Shown: positions 25,039-37,500 of the stretch, piece after piece
Position numbering within the stretch: the stretch's first letter is position 1
Layout of the letters: every line of letters starts with the position of its first letter
Assembly: GCA_008632985.1 (NCBI GenBank)
Contig: QPGO01000064.1
Location: 186,001 to 250,000, forward strand
Direction of reading: 5' to 3'
Length of the DNA: 64,000 bases
Source: Psammoneis japonica
Lineage: Eukaryota
The notes under the pieces: generated by a model
The model's database searches: none
What the model saw: the letters and a program-made list of their open reading frames with translations, nothing else
What the model was told of the DNA's origin: nothing
Position numbers and translations under genes: made by a program

Positions 25039-26465
25039 ATGTCGATATCGACCTTTAGTTGCGTCTCGACTACCGAGGACTCGTCGGATGAATTCAGCAA
25101 AAGCACTCTCGACAGTGATGTTTCAAACACAAGCGTCATGTTTGATAATTTGGAACTCGTCGCTCGCAATGCCACGTTGGATGAGTTTTTCGAAACAAAA
25201 CTGTCTCCGGAATGCAACGATTGTCCTCAAGCCGAGTCTGCGTTAACGGAAATGAGACAGTTTTGAATGGCAATTTGGAAAATGCCGTCGGAGCGGCTCG
25301 GTTTGAACGTGCGGCTTCTCGTATCGCCTTTAGTATGAGACGATGGGCGAGTTGTGAGCGCGTCATGGAGGAAGCCTGTCATGTGTTGGCGCAATTGTCC
25401 AGTGTCAGTCTGTCGTTTTGTCACAGCATGGGACAATCCCAAGCCCTCGATGCCGTTGCACTCGCCATGATGCGTCACCCGAACAATGTCCACCTGCACT
25501 GCCACGCGTGTAGTGCCGTGCAGAATGCGGCACGGGTCAATCAAGAGATGGCTTTGAGTTTTATGGATGTGTGGAAGGGACACCTCTCGTTGATTATGGT
25601 GTTGCGCAATGAACACTTTGTCGCACACGAAACGTTGCAATTGCTCGCGTGTCGGGCCTTGCAGAGTTGTGCCGAGTGGAAGGCGTGTCGCAAAGCCTTG
25701 GCGCGAGCCGGAGCGTGCAAAGTGTTGCAGGCGGTTGCCGGCAATGCGGAAAATGGTGAAAAGGTTCAAGGTGTGGCGCAAGAAACACTCTACCAGCTAA
25801 CGGGCAGCAACAAGTCACTTCGTAAAGTTGTATTGAACAAGACGACCCAAGTAGAAAAGCTCTTGCAACAGCTTTCCAAGAATTCGGGGAATTGCAGCAG
25901 TGAGCAAGAGATTCAACAAGCCGTCGAGAGTTTGGACAAGGCGCTGCAAGGCGACGATGCACAAGCGTTCGAAAACCGTGCTCTCGTCACCAAGTCGCAG
26001 GGTGGCAAAATCATGGCGACCACCCTGCACACCTACAAGTCCAATGCTGACATTGTATGGTGTTGCTGCCGAATACTGGCGCAACTGGCTCGGTCCAGTG
26101 CCGACTTTCGACAAGGCATGCAGGCCGATGGAGTCCTTGAAGCGGTCGTTACCACGACACTTTCTCAAGACGAACTCCAATATCATGGATTAACTGTATT
26201 GATTCAAGCGGCACGAGACAAGGAGAATGCGATGCGCTTGATTCAAGCTCCATTGGATATTCACAAGCGTGCTGTCGAGCTGCTGCAAGGCAATGATCAA
26301 GCTGTGTTGTCGAAAACGTGCGAGTTACTCTTGCAACTGGTGCAATGGGACGAGTGCATGAATGGTATTGCCGAAGACATTGCACCGGCACTGCACAATG
26401 TGCAAGACGATAACAAGTCGCGAACCAACTCGGCCACGACGGCCATTCAATACTGTATGGCGTAG
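25039..26465 (+). CDS. Armadillo-repeat protein (frameshift ~25260)
   Basis: Repeated A..AM..HP....L...AC.AL helical units. Confidence 0.7.
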
Positions 26466-26910
26466 GCCTACGTTCTTCATGCTTGCGTTGGAAGAATTCA
26501 TAATCTATTTGCGTCTCACAAGGCAGACGCTTGTATCATAATGTAAAAACTAGTCTAGTTCAAGTTACAAATGCCTGTTGTACTTATTGCTATGCTCTAG
26601 AGAGTAAAAGAAATGTCCCTATTACTCAAGCTAGATGCAATCTGTCTATCGGCATATCTAGCTACCTACCCGCAGAGCATTCAATATTATAACTTGGATG
26701 AGACCTCTGTACTAATCACAAAACATCATCACAACACGATGGGGTGGCTTCACATACATGACGTGACTGTCACTTGATCTCGCATACATTTCGGCTGTCA
26801 ATCCGTTAGGTTCTTCTCAATCTAGTCGCCACCACTTCCTTCTGCCCCCGGGTAGTAGATGCCCAAATCTACAATACAGATCCCCCAGTACTCAAAAAGC
26901 GCATGTCTAG

Positions 26911-28430
26911 TCAGTCCGACCCCATGTCGGTATCGCTGTCGTCCACGAGCGGTCGCTTGATGACAATTTTGGATCCCCCATCCTTTTTGCTTGTGGCTCT
27001 TGGTTTATGGTCCTCGAAAAAATCACTATCGTCGCTATCGTCCACGGATGGCCGTTTGATTACAATCTTGGATCCACCAGCAGCCTTTTTGCTTGTGGCT
27101 CTTGGTTTCTGGTTCCCGCCGGTGTCACTACTGTCATTGTCAGCAAGACGCTTCTTTACTGTAATCTTGGATCCACCAGTAGCCTTTTTGGCTGTGGCTT
27201 TCGGTTTCTGGTCCCATTTAATGTCTGCATCCGAGTCGTCGTCCATATCATCCATGTCGTTTGACCGGATTGATGGTTTGGATGCGCGCTTTTCGGAAGA
27301 GCTGTCGTCCATAATATCCATATCTGTTTCACTTGACGATTTCATCTTTTCATCCTTAGAGCCATCACTAGTATTGTTTGAGGAGCCCATCTTGTTGTTG
27401 CTGGTGTCATTGGATGATCCTTGATCGTCCCTATCGTCTTGTTCGAAAATGCCTTTTGCGTCCCACATTTCAATAGCCCCATTCAAAGGATTTCTTCGAG
27501 CTGTACTTGTTGCTACTGGTGACGCAAAACTGCCGCCATTGCCGTTTGTAGCTTTTGAACTTGACGACGATGCCTCGTCTAGTTTTCGTTTCTTACTTTT
27601 GGACGGTCCGGCTGCCAATCGATCCACCAAGTCTGGATCCAGCAGGGCATTGTCCAATTCGGAATCATGGTCACTCACATAATCATCCTCCTTGTAGTCA
27701 AAGGCAGAAGGCTTGTGTATGGAATTCTTGGCGGCGGATGAACTCTTGAGAGACTTGGCAATCTCCAGTTCTTGTTCCAGTTGCTTGATTTTGCGTTTGG
27801 CGGGTGCCAAATGCTTGTCCTTGAGTTCGTTAAACAAAACGAGAAAGCGTTCCATTTGTTCATCCTTTTCCGTCTGTACGACCGAATCCAGCTTTTCAAT
27901 TGTGGCGTGAGCCATTCGCAGGTTTTCTTCCAAACGAACAATCTTGTCTTGTAGGTTGGATACTTTCGTTTCCTCATGTGCAAGGCATTTTCCGAGTCTC
28001 AGCGGTAACAAGCTGCTCGTTTCTGTAGACGCATCTGCATCGTCGTTGTTTACAACAATCTTGTTCAATTCTCCACTCCATACGACCCGTACCAATCCAG
28101 CTGACGACTGGATCTGCTCCTTGACCACCATTTTGAGGGCATCGGGATTGGAATTTTTCAATGTAAAGGTTAGGGAAATCTCATCGTCTCGATGGTGAGA
28201 AGAGACAGCGGTGATTGCTTTTGCAAATCCATCACGCGTCCACTTTTCGCCCTTGACATGGCTCATAACGATTCTTTTGCAAAATCACAAGAACGAAGTT
28301 CTGAGCCATTCATAGGTGCAAAGTTAGAATGATTGTATGCCAAAGTCACTTACGTTTGTTGATACGTATCCATCCCAATCGCAATCATCACGTCGAACAA
28401 GTGAGAATCCTTTGAAAATGTCGCCATGAT
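26911..28430 (-). CDS. XRCC4-like NHEJ protein (5' exon uncertain) with three C-terminal KPxATxKKxxGGSKI repeats
   Basis: Beta-rich head, coiled coil, then QMERFLVLFNELKDK resembling the XRCC4 ligase-IV-binding segment; acidic disordered tail. Confidence 0.5.
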
Positions 28431-29281
28431 TCCTGATTTTTCGTTTTCTCCATCGATCTGCACCTTGATGGAGCAAGTACCCAAACAGTGTTCCGTCATT
28501 GTATTCGACACTCTATTGTTTAGCAGTAATCAATGAGATAAGGCAAACGACGACGGCAGGTTTCCCATCGTCGTGTTGTGATGCGTCGTTGGTTGTTGGT
28601 CGTGTGTTTCGCGCTAAATTATTACTGTAGAGTGCGCGAAACGTCAGAATTGCGCGTTGGCGAAAACCACAACTTTTTTTCTCTCCTCCCGCAGCCGCAC
28701 ATCCCGAGTTTTGCAATTGACGACGCTTTTGGCCTCAAACGGCGGCGAACAAGGCATCGGTAGAACCGTAATCATTGTAAGAACATGTGTATTGCTTTGT
28801 TTGTGAAAATCCGTAATGAATTCGTCGAGAAAAGTGAATCTCGTAGTTGTTTTGCGTGCAATTTCGCGTTGGGTGTTCCCGAGAACGCGATCACTTTTTC
28901 GATTTAGCGTTGTCCTTGTACGGAGAAACGCTGAATCGCAGCTTTGTTGTAACATGTATCTTGCCTATATGCTGGATCTTGGGATACATCTGTCTCGGCG
29001 TCACGACAAATCGTTTTATTGCTCATTTTTTGGCCGCTGCTGTGTGTTGTGTTTGCCAGAGCTCATTGTTGTTGCTTCAAAGAGGATCCGCTCCGGGCTG
29101 TCCAAGGCACGGAACGTCTCTTTATTGTGTTTAAAAGAGATTCGTTGCTTTGAATTTTTCAAAACGGGGATCTTGGCGTCGTGAAATCATCGCCAATCTA
29201 ACGGCATGTTTGCCTTTTTCTCGTCACTTGAAGTGCAGGCTTTGTCGAGTGTTGATTGTGGTCACAACCTTTCCACATCTC

Positions 29282-30820
29282 ATGGTGACAGCAGCTGAGT
29301 TGTTTGCTGCGGGGGAGGGTAACAATTTTGGAGAGGCACAAAGATGGGACATGACACATGGGGTTTGGGTTGCTCCCGGAGTTCGGCATTGCACGCACAA
29401 CAGGCCGAGTGCACCTGGACGGTGTGGTGGTGCAGCGCACGACGACAAGAAACTGCAGAAGGAGCATGTTGAGACTGCAATGGAAAAACTGGGGGACAAT
29501 GCGTGGCAGCATGCACAGAAGGATGGTGGGAAAATCCGTCTTCTCAAATCTGTTTGGGAAGAAGTTGATCAGATGTTTGGCCAGAGGATCAAGTGCAAGA
29601 CATTTTGTGACTGGTTTCACCACTGCCTTCAGCATGGTGAGACAAAAGCTGCCACTCACCGTAGAATGAACAGCTGGAAAAGGCGTCGCGGAGTGACAAC
29701 AAGAGCTGCATCATTTTCAGAGGCAGATGATGAAGTGCTGCTTGATGTCGTGAGAGAGAAGCCGCATCTCCATCTCGATGAAATGCAGCTTTCAATGAGA
29801 CGACGCCGGGGCATGACATGGCACCCCTCTGCCATGTGGCGTCAATTGCACCGACTGGGCTGCTCTCTTCAAAAAATGGTTTTTCGTTCAAGACAAAGAT
29901 GCGAGGCCAAGCAGGAGATGCACTTTCGACGGCTAGAGTTGTTCGTAGAAAAACCAGAGATGGCTGTCTTTGTTGATGAGATGGCAAAGAGTGCCAACGC
30001 ATCCAGGCGTTTGCGTGGCTGGGGAAAATTTGGCAAACCACCCGCAGTTGATGCACATTTTGAGGAAGATTTTTGCAAGAGGTGCACTGTGATTGGTGCT
30101 GCAGATGTGAACGATTTTGTGATCGAAGCGTGCATGCTGGCAGAACGTGAACATGGCCCTCATGATGATGACCCGGAACGTGGGGCTGTGGACATGGAAA
30201 GGTTTGAGAGATGCGTTGAGAATGATTTGGTGCCGGTTCCAGGGAGGTGTCATCTTTGCGAGCCGCGGTCTGTGGTGCTGATGGACAACGCATCGACACA
30301 CATCTCCGACTACGTTCGACAACTGATTGAAGATGCTGGAGCCAAGCCAGTTTACACAGCAGCTTGCAGCCCTGATTTGAATCCAATTGAGTGCTGCTTC
30401 TCTGTTTGCAAGTCCGGCCTGAAGCGTTTTTCTTATGAAGAAGGCATGAATTGGTCAATGGCGCACGAGCTGGCATTGGAAGAGATGACGCCACGAAAAG
30501 CTAGGAACCATTTTCGCAAGTGTGGGGCACCAGGGTGCGATGACAATCAGGAAAGGAAGACGGGGGATGCTGAGGAAGAATTCTTCCTCAGCTGTGTTGG
30601 AGGATTCAACACAGCCATTCGAGCAGCTGTGTCACACCAGACTGGACTAAAATGTGCAGTTGTGCTCCGTCTAGCCAATCCATCTAGAACGTGTGCGAGC
30701 AGCCATGACTGTAGTTTTAAAATGCCACCACACGTGGTTCATCTGCTGGCAGAGCACGGAGGCATCGGATGGTCCGTCCAGTCGATGACCAATCCATTTG
30801 CAGTGTGCGAACAGTCATGA
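29282..30820 (+). CDS. IS630/Tc1-family DD34E transposase, hypermutated (true start and stop uncertain)
   Basis: VFVDE ... VVLMDNASTH ... (Y>C)SPDLNPIE with 34 residues between D and E; HTH-like PHLHLDEMQ..WRQLHRLGCS. Confidence 0.9.
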   Translation: MVTAAELFAAGEGNNFGEAQRWDMTHGVWVAPGVRHCTHNRPSAPGRCGGAAHDDKKLQKEHVETAMEKLGDNAWQHAQKDGGKIRLLKSVWEEVDQMFGQRIKCKTFCDWFHHCLQHGETKAATHRRMNSWKRRRGVTTRAASFSEADDEVLLDVVREKPHLHLDEMQLSMRRRRGMTWHPSAMWRQLHRLGCSLQKMVFRSRQRCEAKQEMHFRRLELFVEKPEMAVFVDEMAKSANASRRLRGWGKFGKPPAVDAHFEEDFCKRCTVIGAADVNDFVIEACMLAEREHGPHDDDPERGAVDMERFERCVENDLVPVPGRCHLCEPRSVVLMDNASTHISDYVRQLIEDAGAKPVYTAACSPDLNPIECCFSVCKSGLKRFSYEEGMNWSMAHELALEEMTPRKARNHFRKCGAPGCDDNQERKTGDAEEEFFLSCVGGFNTAIRAAVSHQTGLKCAVVLRLANPSRTCASSHDCSFKMPPHVVHLLAEHGGIGWSVQSMTNPFAVCEQS

Positions 30821-33068
30821 CCAAAGTTTTGAAATGCCCCACCCACGCTTTGTCTGCTGGAGTGCGGAAGTGTCGGACAGTGCGTCTGCATCTTCCACCA
30901 CCAAGTGTAGAATGATTGGTTCTTTTGGTTTGTTGTTTTCATCTTTTGGCGCCGCGCGAAACAACTCCGCAATTGCAAGTGTCTTCAGCTCTTCCACCAA
31001 CCATGAAAGGACGCTTGTGTTGGTCAAAGAGTTCCAAAGGTGAATCTGCACCACCTTTTCTTTGCTGCGAACAGACCTCACAATTTCCTTTGACCAACTG
31101 CGAACATTTGCATCCATCAGTCTCCTGTTGTCGCAGATCTCGGTGCAAACAGTTTTGGTTGCTGAGAATGGAACCGAAATGCCCACGGTGCGTTCTGATT
31201 CCGTGTTGATCACATGGACAAACATTTCATCCGGAGCCAAAAAATGTCCACTTTTTGCTTCAGCCAGGGCCAGGACAGCTGCAGCTGCATCGACTTGGCC
31301 TTCCGCCATCCGTTCCATTGCTTTGTTCCTTCCCGCTTCATTTGCCACGTCCGGATCCTCACGGTGTGATTTGGGCAACCCGTTTCCTTGCACCTCATGC
31401 GCACCTCTTTGGATTGATCCGCCATGCCTGCCATCATCTTCGGTCATAGAAGGATGAACCTCTGGAGCCACGAGATCAATGTTCGGCCATGTGTCTGGCT
31501 TTTCAGGGTCCAGCTCACACGCCTCAAAAATGCACAACTGCCGTTCGCCGTCGATGGACATCCTGTTGCTCCAACACCGTCTGCATGCTTTCCAGTGTTC
31601 CAATGTGAGAGCATGACAAAAAGGGTTGCAATCAATGTCGGTGCCAACCAACTTTTTCATGAATTTGACAACTTCTCCAGGAGCCTCCGCGTCGAATTCT
31701 CACGTTTCTCTTGCAGTGCGGGGTTTCACTGCTTTCTCGGGAGAGAGCAGTGCTGCAACTCTGTCATCCTGGGAGCTGGGAATGGATGGTTCCTCATCAT
31801 CATCCCACGGCTCATCGGTTTTCTTCTTCTTTCCAACAGACAGACGAAGGAAGGCGCATTTTGGATCCCGTGCCTCAGGCGGTTTGCTTTTTGCCTTGAC
31901 ACGCCTGTGAGCTTCCAAAAACAAATGCTCAGCAGAGTTGAGAAGCTTCACTTGAGCTTTTGAAAAATCCTCCATGAGCAACAATGACGACTTCTTTCCC
32001 ACGCACGAGTTCCCATCTTTGTCCTTGTGCCGTTGATCCTCGACAGCCGCGCGCAACACAGTGCTGCACACGAGACTCCATTGAACCCTGCCACCATCAG
32101 CCGATGGTTCTAGAGTGGCAACATGCTGCGCGTCTTTCTTGTCTGCAACAACATGCGTTCCATCCTTGTTCGTTGCAGGAGGCAAAAGGCACAAGGCCAA
32201 TGACAGCTCTTCGTCTTGTGTTCCTCTTTTCCTGGACACTTGCCCCGTGCTTGTTCCGTCTTGAATGTTCCCAACAACACAGATCAGGTCTAGAACAACA
32301 CCAGAAGGGTCAGACTGACTCCCATCATCAGCCATGTCTCCTTCGTCGTCACAGTTCTTGTACGACACATGAGTCAGAGCATGCATCCAATGCGCCTCTG
32401 CAACCATGGGCGTTGCACGGCTTGAACCGCACTTGCCTGGAGGATCCGCCATCTGGGGGTCAGCTCTGCAGTGTGGCTTTGAGTTTGAAGTCTTGTGCGG
32501 CATCAGTTTCTTTCCTTCGGCAGAAAGGAGTGCGTCCAATTCTGACTCGACTTCTTCCATGGTGGAGCCAGTGCCGAGTGATGCAATCGACACCAAATCC
32601 TGCCCTCTGTTGGGTCCATCGTGAAAGTCAAACGGGGTGGTGAACTTGGGACTGCTTGTTTTTCGTTCATCGTGCAAGCACAACCCAACTGTGACATGTG
32701 AAGCATCCAGATCACAGATGGTGCACTCTCTCTTCCAAATCAATGGATGCATTGCCGGAATCTGAACGCGACCCGGGTGTCTTCTTGGATGACGATGATG
32801 ACTTTGAGCTTCTCGACCTGGAAGAGGAGGATTTCTTTCCCGATTTTTGTCTGTTGGCATTAGAGAAAATGCTTGGTGTTTTCAACAATGCGCCCGCATC
32901 GTCACTGTCTGGTGACAACGGGAGATCCAACCGGTGCTTTCTTCCACGGCTGTCACCGCGTTTCTTGCGGGCTCTGGCTTGGTCCTTTCTGTTCTCTTCA
33001 CCCAACCTAGCTTCCACTGTTGGTTGCCTCTTCCTAGATGAAGTTCGTTGAGAGATGGATTTCTTCAT
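30815..33068 (-). pseudogene. Second, convergent gene of unknown function inside the transposon (broken into three ORFs)
   Basis: Contiguous coding-like ORFs 32712-33182, 31700-32860 and 30815-31660 on the minus strand, with a basic N-terminus (MKKSISQRTSSRKRQ). Confidence 0.6.
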
Positions 33069-33885
33069 GGTGCCACGTGATGCAAAACCCACACTCAAGG
33101 AACGAGAAAAGGTAAACATGCCGTTAGAGCCATGACAGACAGATGCTGCGGCAACAACACCGACGATACACAACGATTTCACGACGCCGAGATCCCCGTT
33201 TTGAAAAATTCAAAGCAACGAATCTCTTTTAAACACAACAAAGAGACGTTCCGTGCCTTGGATGGCCCGGAGCGGATCCTCTTTGAAGCAACAACAATGA
33301 GCTCTGGCAAACACAACACACAGCAGCGACCAAAAAATGAGCAATAAAACGATTTGTCGTGACGCCGAGACAGACGTATCCCAAGATCCAGCATATAGGC
33401 AAGATATATATTACAATAAAGCTGCGATTCAGCGTTTCTCCGTACAAGGACAACGCTAAATCGAAAAAGCAATCGCGTTCTCGGGAACACCCAACGCGAA
33501 ATTGCACGCAAAACGACTACGAGATTCACTTTTCTCGACGAATTCATTACGGATTTTCACAAACAAAGCAATACACATGTTCTTACAATGATTACGGTTC
33601 TACCGATGCCTTGTTCGCCGCCGTTTGAGGCCAAAAGCGTCGTCAATTGCAAAACTCGGGATGTGCGGCTGCGGGAGGAGAGAAAAAAAGTTGTGGTTTT
33701 CGCCAACGCGCAATTCTGACGTTTCGCGCACTCTACAGTACACGCTAGGGGCCCTAGAACAGTGAGCAGGGTGAGCGCAGAGCTCTGCTCATTTTTTTTT
33801 CATTTATTTATTGGCGATCGATCCGGACACATTGTTTGTTTTCCCTTTTGAGTTTTGCTCGGCATTGTACTGTGTTGTATAATGA

Positions 33886-35295
33886 ATGATGATCCGCCCA
33901 GCACAGCTACTACAACACAAAAACGAACTCCATCATGACCCAAACTGGTTTCCCGGCACGATGAGGATTCGAAAATTGGTGCTCTTCATGTTGTGCATCT
34001 TCATCTTGTGCCGAGTACTGCTTTCAGTCTATGGCCCTCCTCTGATAGCCACAAGCGGAGAAGCCATATTATCTAACGATCCTACCCCTGAGTTACTGCT
34101 AAGTGTCCCTTTCTACGTCTACGAGGAGCTGGCGTGGGTCAACGCAACTTACGGAACGTGGCCAGTCAGCAAACATGCGTTACACTCCCGACATGAGCAG
34201 TACGACACTCGCTTCAACCACGGGGACGATTACTTTTTCATGAACGCGAGCTTGAACCACCCCATGCGGACTCGAAACGTTGACGAGGCAAAGTTATTCT
34301 TTGTCCCCTGGTTATATAATTATTTTGTAATGACTATCGCGTGGGGTCGTCAAAAAACAAACCATCTCTGTTGGAATGGTAGATGTGATAATGAACTGCT
34401 GAACTATTCCCAGAAAATTCTACGAGATTCTGAGGCCTTTCAGAAGTACCCAGAGCGTCACGTCATGGTACGGTCCCATTTTGCCTCGGCCGGGTTTTGG
34501 TCAACTGATTTTCACAACTTCACAGAAACACATATTCCAGGTTTGAACGAGCTTGTCGAGAAGACATCAGCAGTCATTTTTGAAGACGCGGAGCCAGAAC
34601 GGAAATCAGAAAATCAACAGTTTCTGCCTTCATACTATGTGGGATCGAATTGTGGTGACAATTCGTCCAAAGAAGAAAAGCGATATGATGTCGCCATGAT
34701 TGGCAGCATGAGAACCCCCGACCAACCACAGTTTGATGATCGACGAAATATATGCAAGTGGTTGGGCAACTCTTCCACTATCAAGACGTCGGTGTGTGGA
34801 GAGGGGTCCCGCTGTCCGGCTCTGTGCCAGTCCAAATTTGGATTCCATATCCGCGGTGATTCTTGGGGGAGCCAACGAGCAATGGATACGATCTTGAGTG
34901 GATCGGTACCAATATTTACTAATTCGCAGCAGTATCGAATTCTTGGCGACTGGATTGACTGGAACCAGCTCACTTACTTTTTTCCTATTCACGATGAGTC
35001 ATCTTATGGAGCCAAGTACAACGTGACTGGAGAAACTTTCTTGGAGAGGTTGCAAGACATAATCGATGACAAAGAGGGCTATGAACGCAAACACAAGGCG
35101 GTTTTGGAGAATGCTCCGCTGTTTGATTATACCACCGTATATCCATTTGATACTTATATGTATTTATTCCAAGCAAGGTTGTTTCCAGAAACCCGTCAAG
35201 CGAAGAGCAGGTGGAGTGCATTGAAGTTGCCACCTCTCGTACAAGGAGAAAATGGCAAGCCAGTCAACCAAAGGCTTCGAAATAACAATTCATAA
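33886..35295 (+). CDS. Exostosin-family (GT47) glycosyltransferase
   Basis: Type II TM anchor, PFYVY, HPMRT..EAKLFFVP, SKFGFHIRGDSWGSQRAMDTILSGSVPIF. Confidence 0.85.
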   Translation: MMIRPAQLLQHKNELHHDPNWFPGTMRIRKLVLFMLCIFILCRVLLSVYGPPLIATSGEAILSNDPTPELLLSVPFYVYEELAWVNATYGTWPVSKHALHSRHEQYDTRFNHGDDYFFMNASLNHPMRTRNVDEAKLFFVPWLYNYFVMTIAWGRQKTNHLCWNGRCDNELLNYSQKILRDSEAFQKYPERHVMVRSHFASAGFWSTDFHNFTETHIPGLNELVEKTSAVIFEDAEPERKSENQQFLPSYYVGSNCGDNSSKEEKRYDVAMIGSMRTPDQPQFDDRRNICKWLGNSSTIKTSVCGEGSRCPALCQSKFGFHIRGDSWGSQRAMDTILSGSVPIFTNSQQYRILGDWIDWNQLTYFFPIHDESSYGAKYNVTGETFLERLQDIIDDKEGYERKHKAVLENAPLFDYTTVYPFDTYMYLFQARLFPETRQAKSRWSALKLPPLVQGENGKPVNQRLRNNNS

Positions 35296-35599
35296 AATAA
35301 TGCCTGGCACGTCAATTGCGAGTAGAAACCTTTAAAAACAACTAGCAATGACTGGAAATGCTATTTTTACGTTGCCACGTACTTGGGCGAACCAGTTGTG
35401 TCTGCGTTGTTGCCACATCGTTGTCGATTCCAGATGTCTCTCCTGTGCTCTGGGTGGTGCTGCACAGGGCCACCAGCAAAGCTTCCCGTCATGCCATCGT
35501 ACCACGGTGATGCAGTGTAACAATGCCACCTGTTGAACAGACCACGATGTGTGCTCTGGGCCCGGCTGACTCCCCGCCGCTCCCCATCACTGGGCAACT

Positions 35600-37500
35600 G
35601 CCCACAAACTGCAGAGCACACTGGCCACATGCCATGACCAGGAGACATCAGCATGGCACCATTTGAGGGAGTTGCACCCTGTGATCCACTGCCTGAACAT
35701 GTGGTGAAAAGTCCAATCCCATGCCATCAGCCAAACTCACCATCCACACATTCATGCAGCACTGCTCCCATGTTGTTGGTGGTGCTGTGAACTGCAGCAC
35801 CTGAATCTGCCACACACTCTCTCTCATCTTCCAACAGCTTCAATGAGGCAGGGGGGACTTGGTCCCTTCATTTCTGTGTGAAAGTGTCTCAACATTGGCC
35901 CCACCACCAGTGCTGGCTGCCCCCATCTTCTTGCATGACTGTGGTTTCTTTTTGCACCACTCCGCCACACCTTGCTGACATCATTGGGGTCAGCCCAGTT
36001 GTCAACCCCCCCAGCACAGTCAGTTGAGATGCCAGACTCAGTGAAGCCTTTGTGTTGCAAGGACGGCCATCAACCAAAATGGGGCTCTCTTTGTTGTCGT
36101 TGTTGTCACACATGGTGGCTTGGTCATTGATGTTGTCATTGGCATCATGATTGCCTGCTTCATTGTCAGCATCATCTCCACACAACTCATCTTCTGCACT
36201 GTCATCATCGTTGGATGCAGTGACAGTGAGATCATTTCTCACCTTGGACAGTGGCTGATTGCCATCTTCTGGAAGACATCCCTTGCAATGCTGCAGGTGC
36301 TTGGATTGGATGGAGTGATGCAATGATGTGAAGAACAGGGAGACTCTCACCTTTCACACAAGTGTTTGCACGGCTGCAATCAGGGCTGAGTGCACTGCAC
36401 CTGAGACTGAGACAGTGCCTCATTGACAAGGTGGCACACCGCGCAGTGGAGAACACCAGATTCTGTCTTGTCAGAGAGCTGCTGTGCTTCTGGCGCCAAA
36501 CTTTCCACCCTTGGAAGCCTCTCCTTGTTCTCTTGCCACCCCTGCACTGCTCTTTTGGATGCAGCTGAAATGCTTTGTGACCCTTCCTGTGGCAGCACAG
36601 CACTGTGCATCATCAGCTCCAGCCAAACTGACTTCATTGACTTCATTTTCTGGTTCTGAGACAGCACCACACATGGTCCTCCACAACTGCACCACACACG
36701 CTCTTGCATGCATTGCTCCTTGACTTCAACACATTTCCTTTGAGTCTTTGCTCAGTGAGCTGTGAGCACCAAATCACACTCTTTTGGCACTTTCTCAAAT
36801 GCAGCTGCAGTCAGCTCATCCTGGCAAATCTCAAAACTCATGGAGTTGTGCTTGTCCTCAACTCCACTCAACTGCTCAAACAACTTGCTTGGCATGTCTG
36901 TCTTCCCCATGATGGAGATTTTTCCCAGAGCTCTGTGCTTCACTCAACTGTTGAAATCAGGTCCTTTGGCATGTGCATCTCATGCATGGCCAATGCAATC
37001 TTGCAGGCCAGTCCTCTGGGCCAATCAGTGCTTTGGGACTTGCTTACCAATCCTGCCAATCCTTCAGTGGTGGGTGTTTGTGGTGGCCACAGCAATCCTT
37101 TTCTTGACTGCTTTTGCAGACTTTTCTCCATCATCAGTCATCTCATCCAAGGCTGCACTCTCAGAACTTGGCACATTGTCTGCCTCAACAGATGTGCACA
37201 AAGCTGAAGCAAATCCAAGCACATTTGCACAAGCACAACAAACAGAAGTGCACCCACCACAGCTGAAGAAACTTGCTGTGCCCCCTCTGAGCCTGTCAAA
37301 GGCAGCCCCTGTGTCAACAGGGCTCAGCACCTTTCAACGCAACTTTCTTCTGAAAAGTCACGCAGCGCAAGGCTCTCTTCCAACTTCTGTGTCCCAGCAG
37401 ACTTCCCCCCCCAGACTTCTCCTCATTGGGACCAAGCTGCAGTGCAGGATTTGCTCTCTGTGGGACTCACCATGTCATGGGGTTCACAACCAAAACTTCT
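35600..37500 (-). mobile_element. Older degenerate Ty1/copia gag-protease remnant
   Basis: WPRGLACKI..PKDLISTVE..PSKLFEQLS (gag), C..C.RKGHKA knuckle, VWVADSGAAVH protease motif near 35800. Possible PBS GGTT(A>G)TGAACCCC at ~37479-37491. Confidence 0.65.

Larger units (their letters stand above)
28625..33738. mobile_element. Tc1/mariner-IS630 DNA transposon, 5.1 kb, 564-bp TIRs (28625-29188, 33175-33738), TA target-site duplication
   Basis: TA|CTGTAGAGTGCGCG...CGCGCACTCTACAG|TA; long near-perfect inverted repeats; internal DD34E transposase. Confidence 0.95.

Noticed and set aside
15398..28430. SRAP/HMCES and XRCC4-like repair genes as the machinery of the hypermutation
   Set aside because: These are ordinary housekeeping genes, and proximity in a eukaryotic genome is not evidence.
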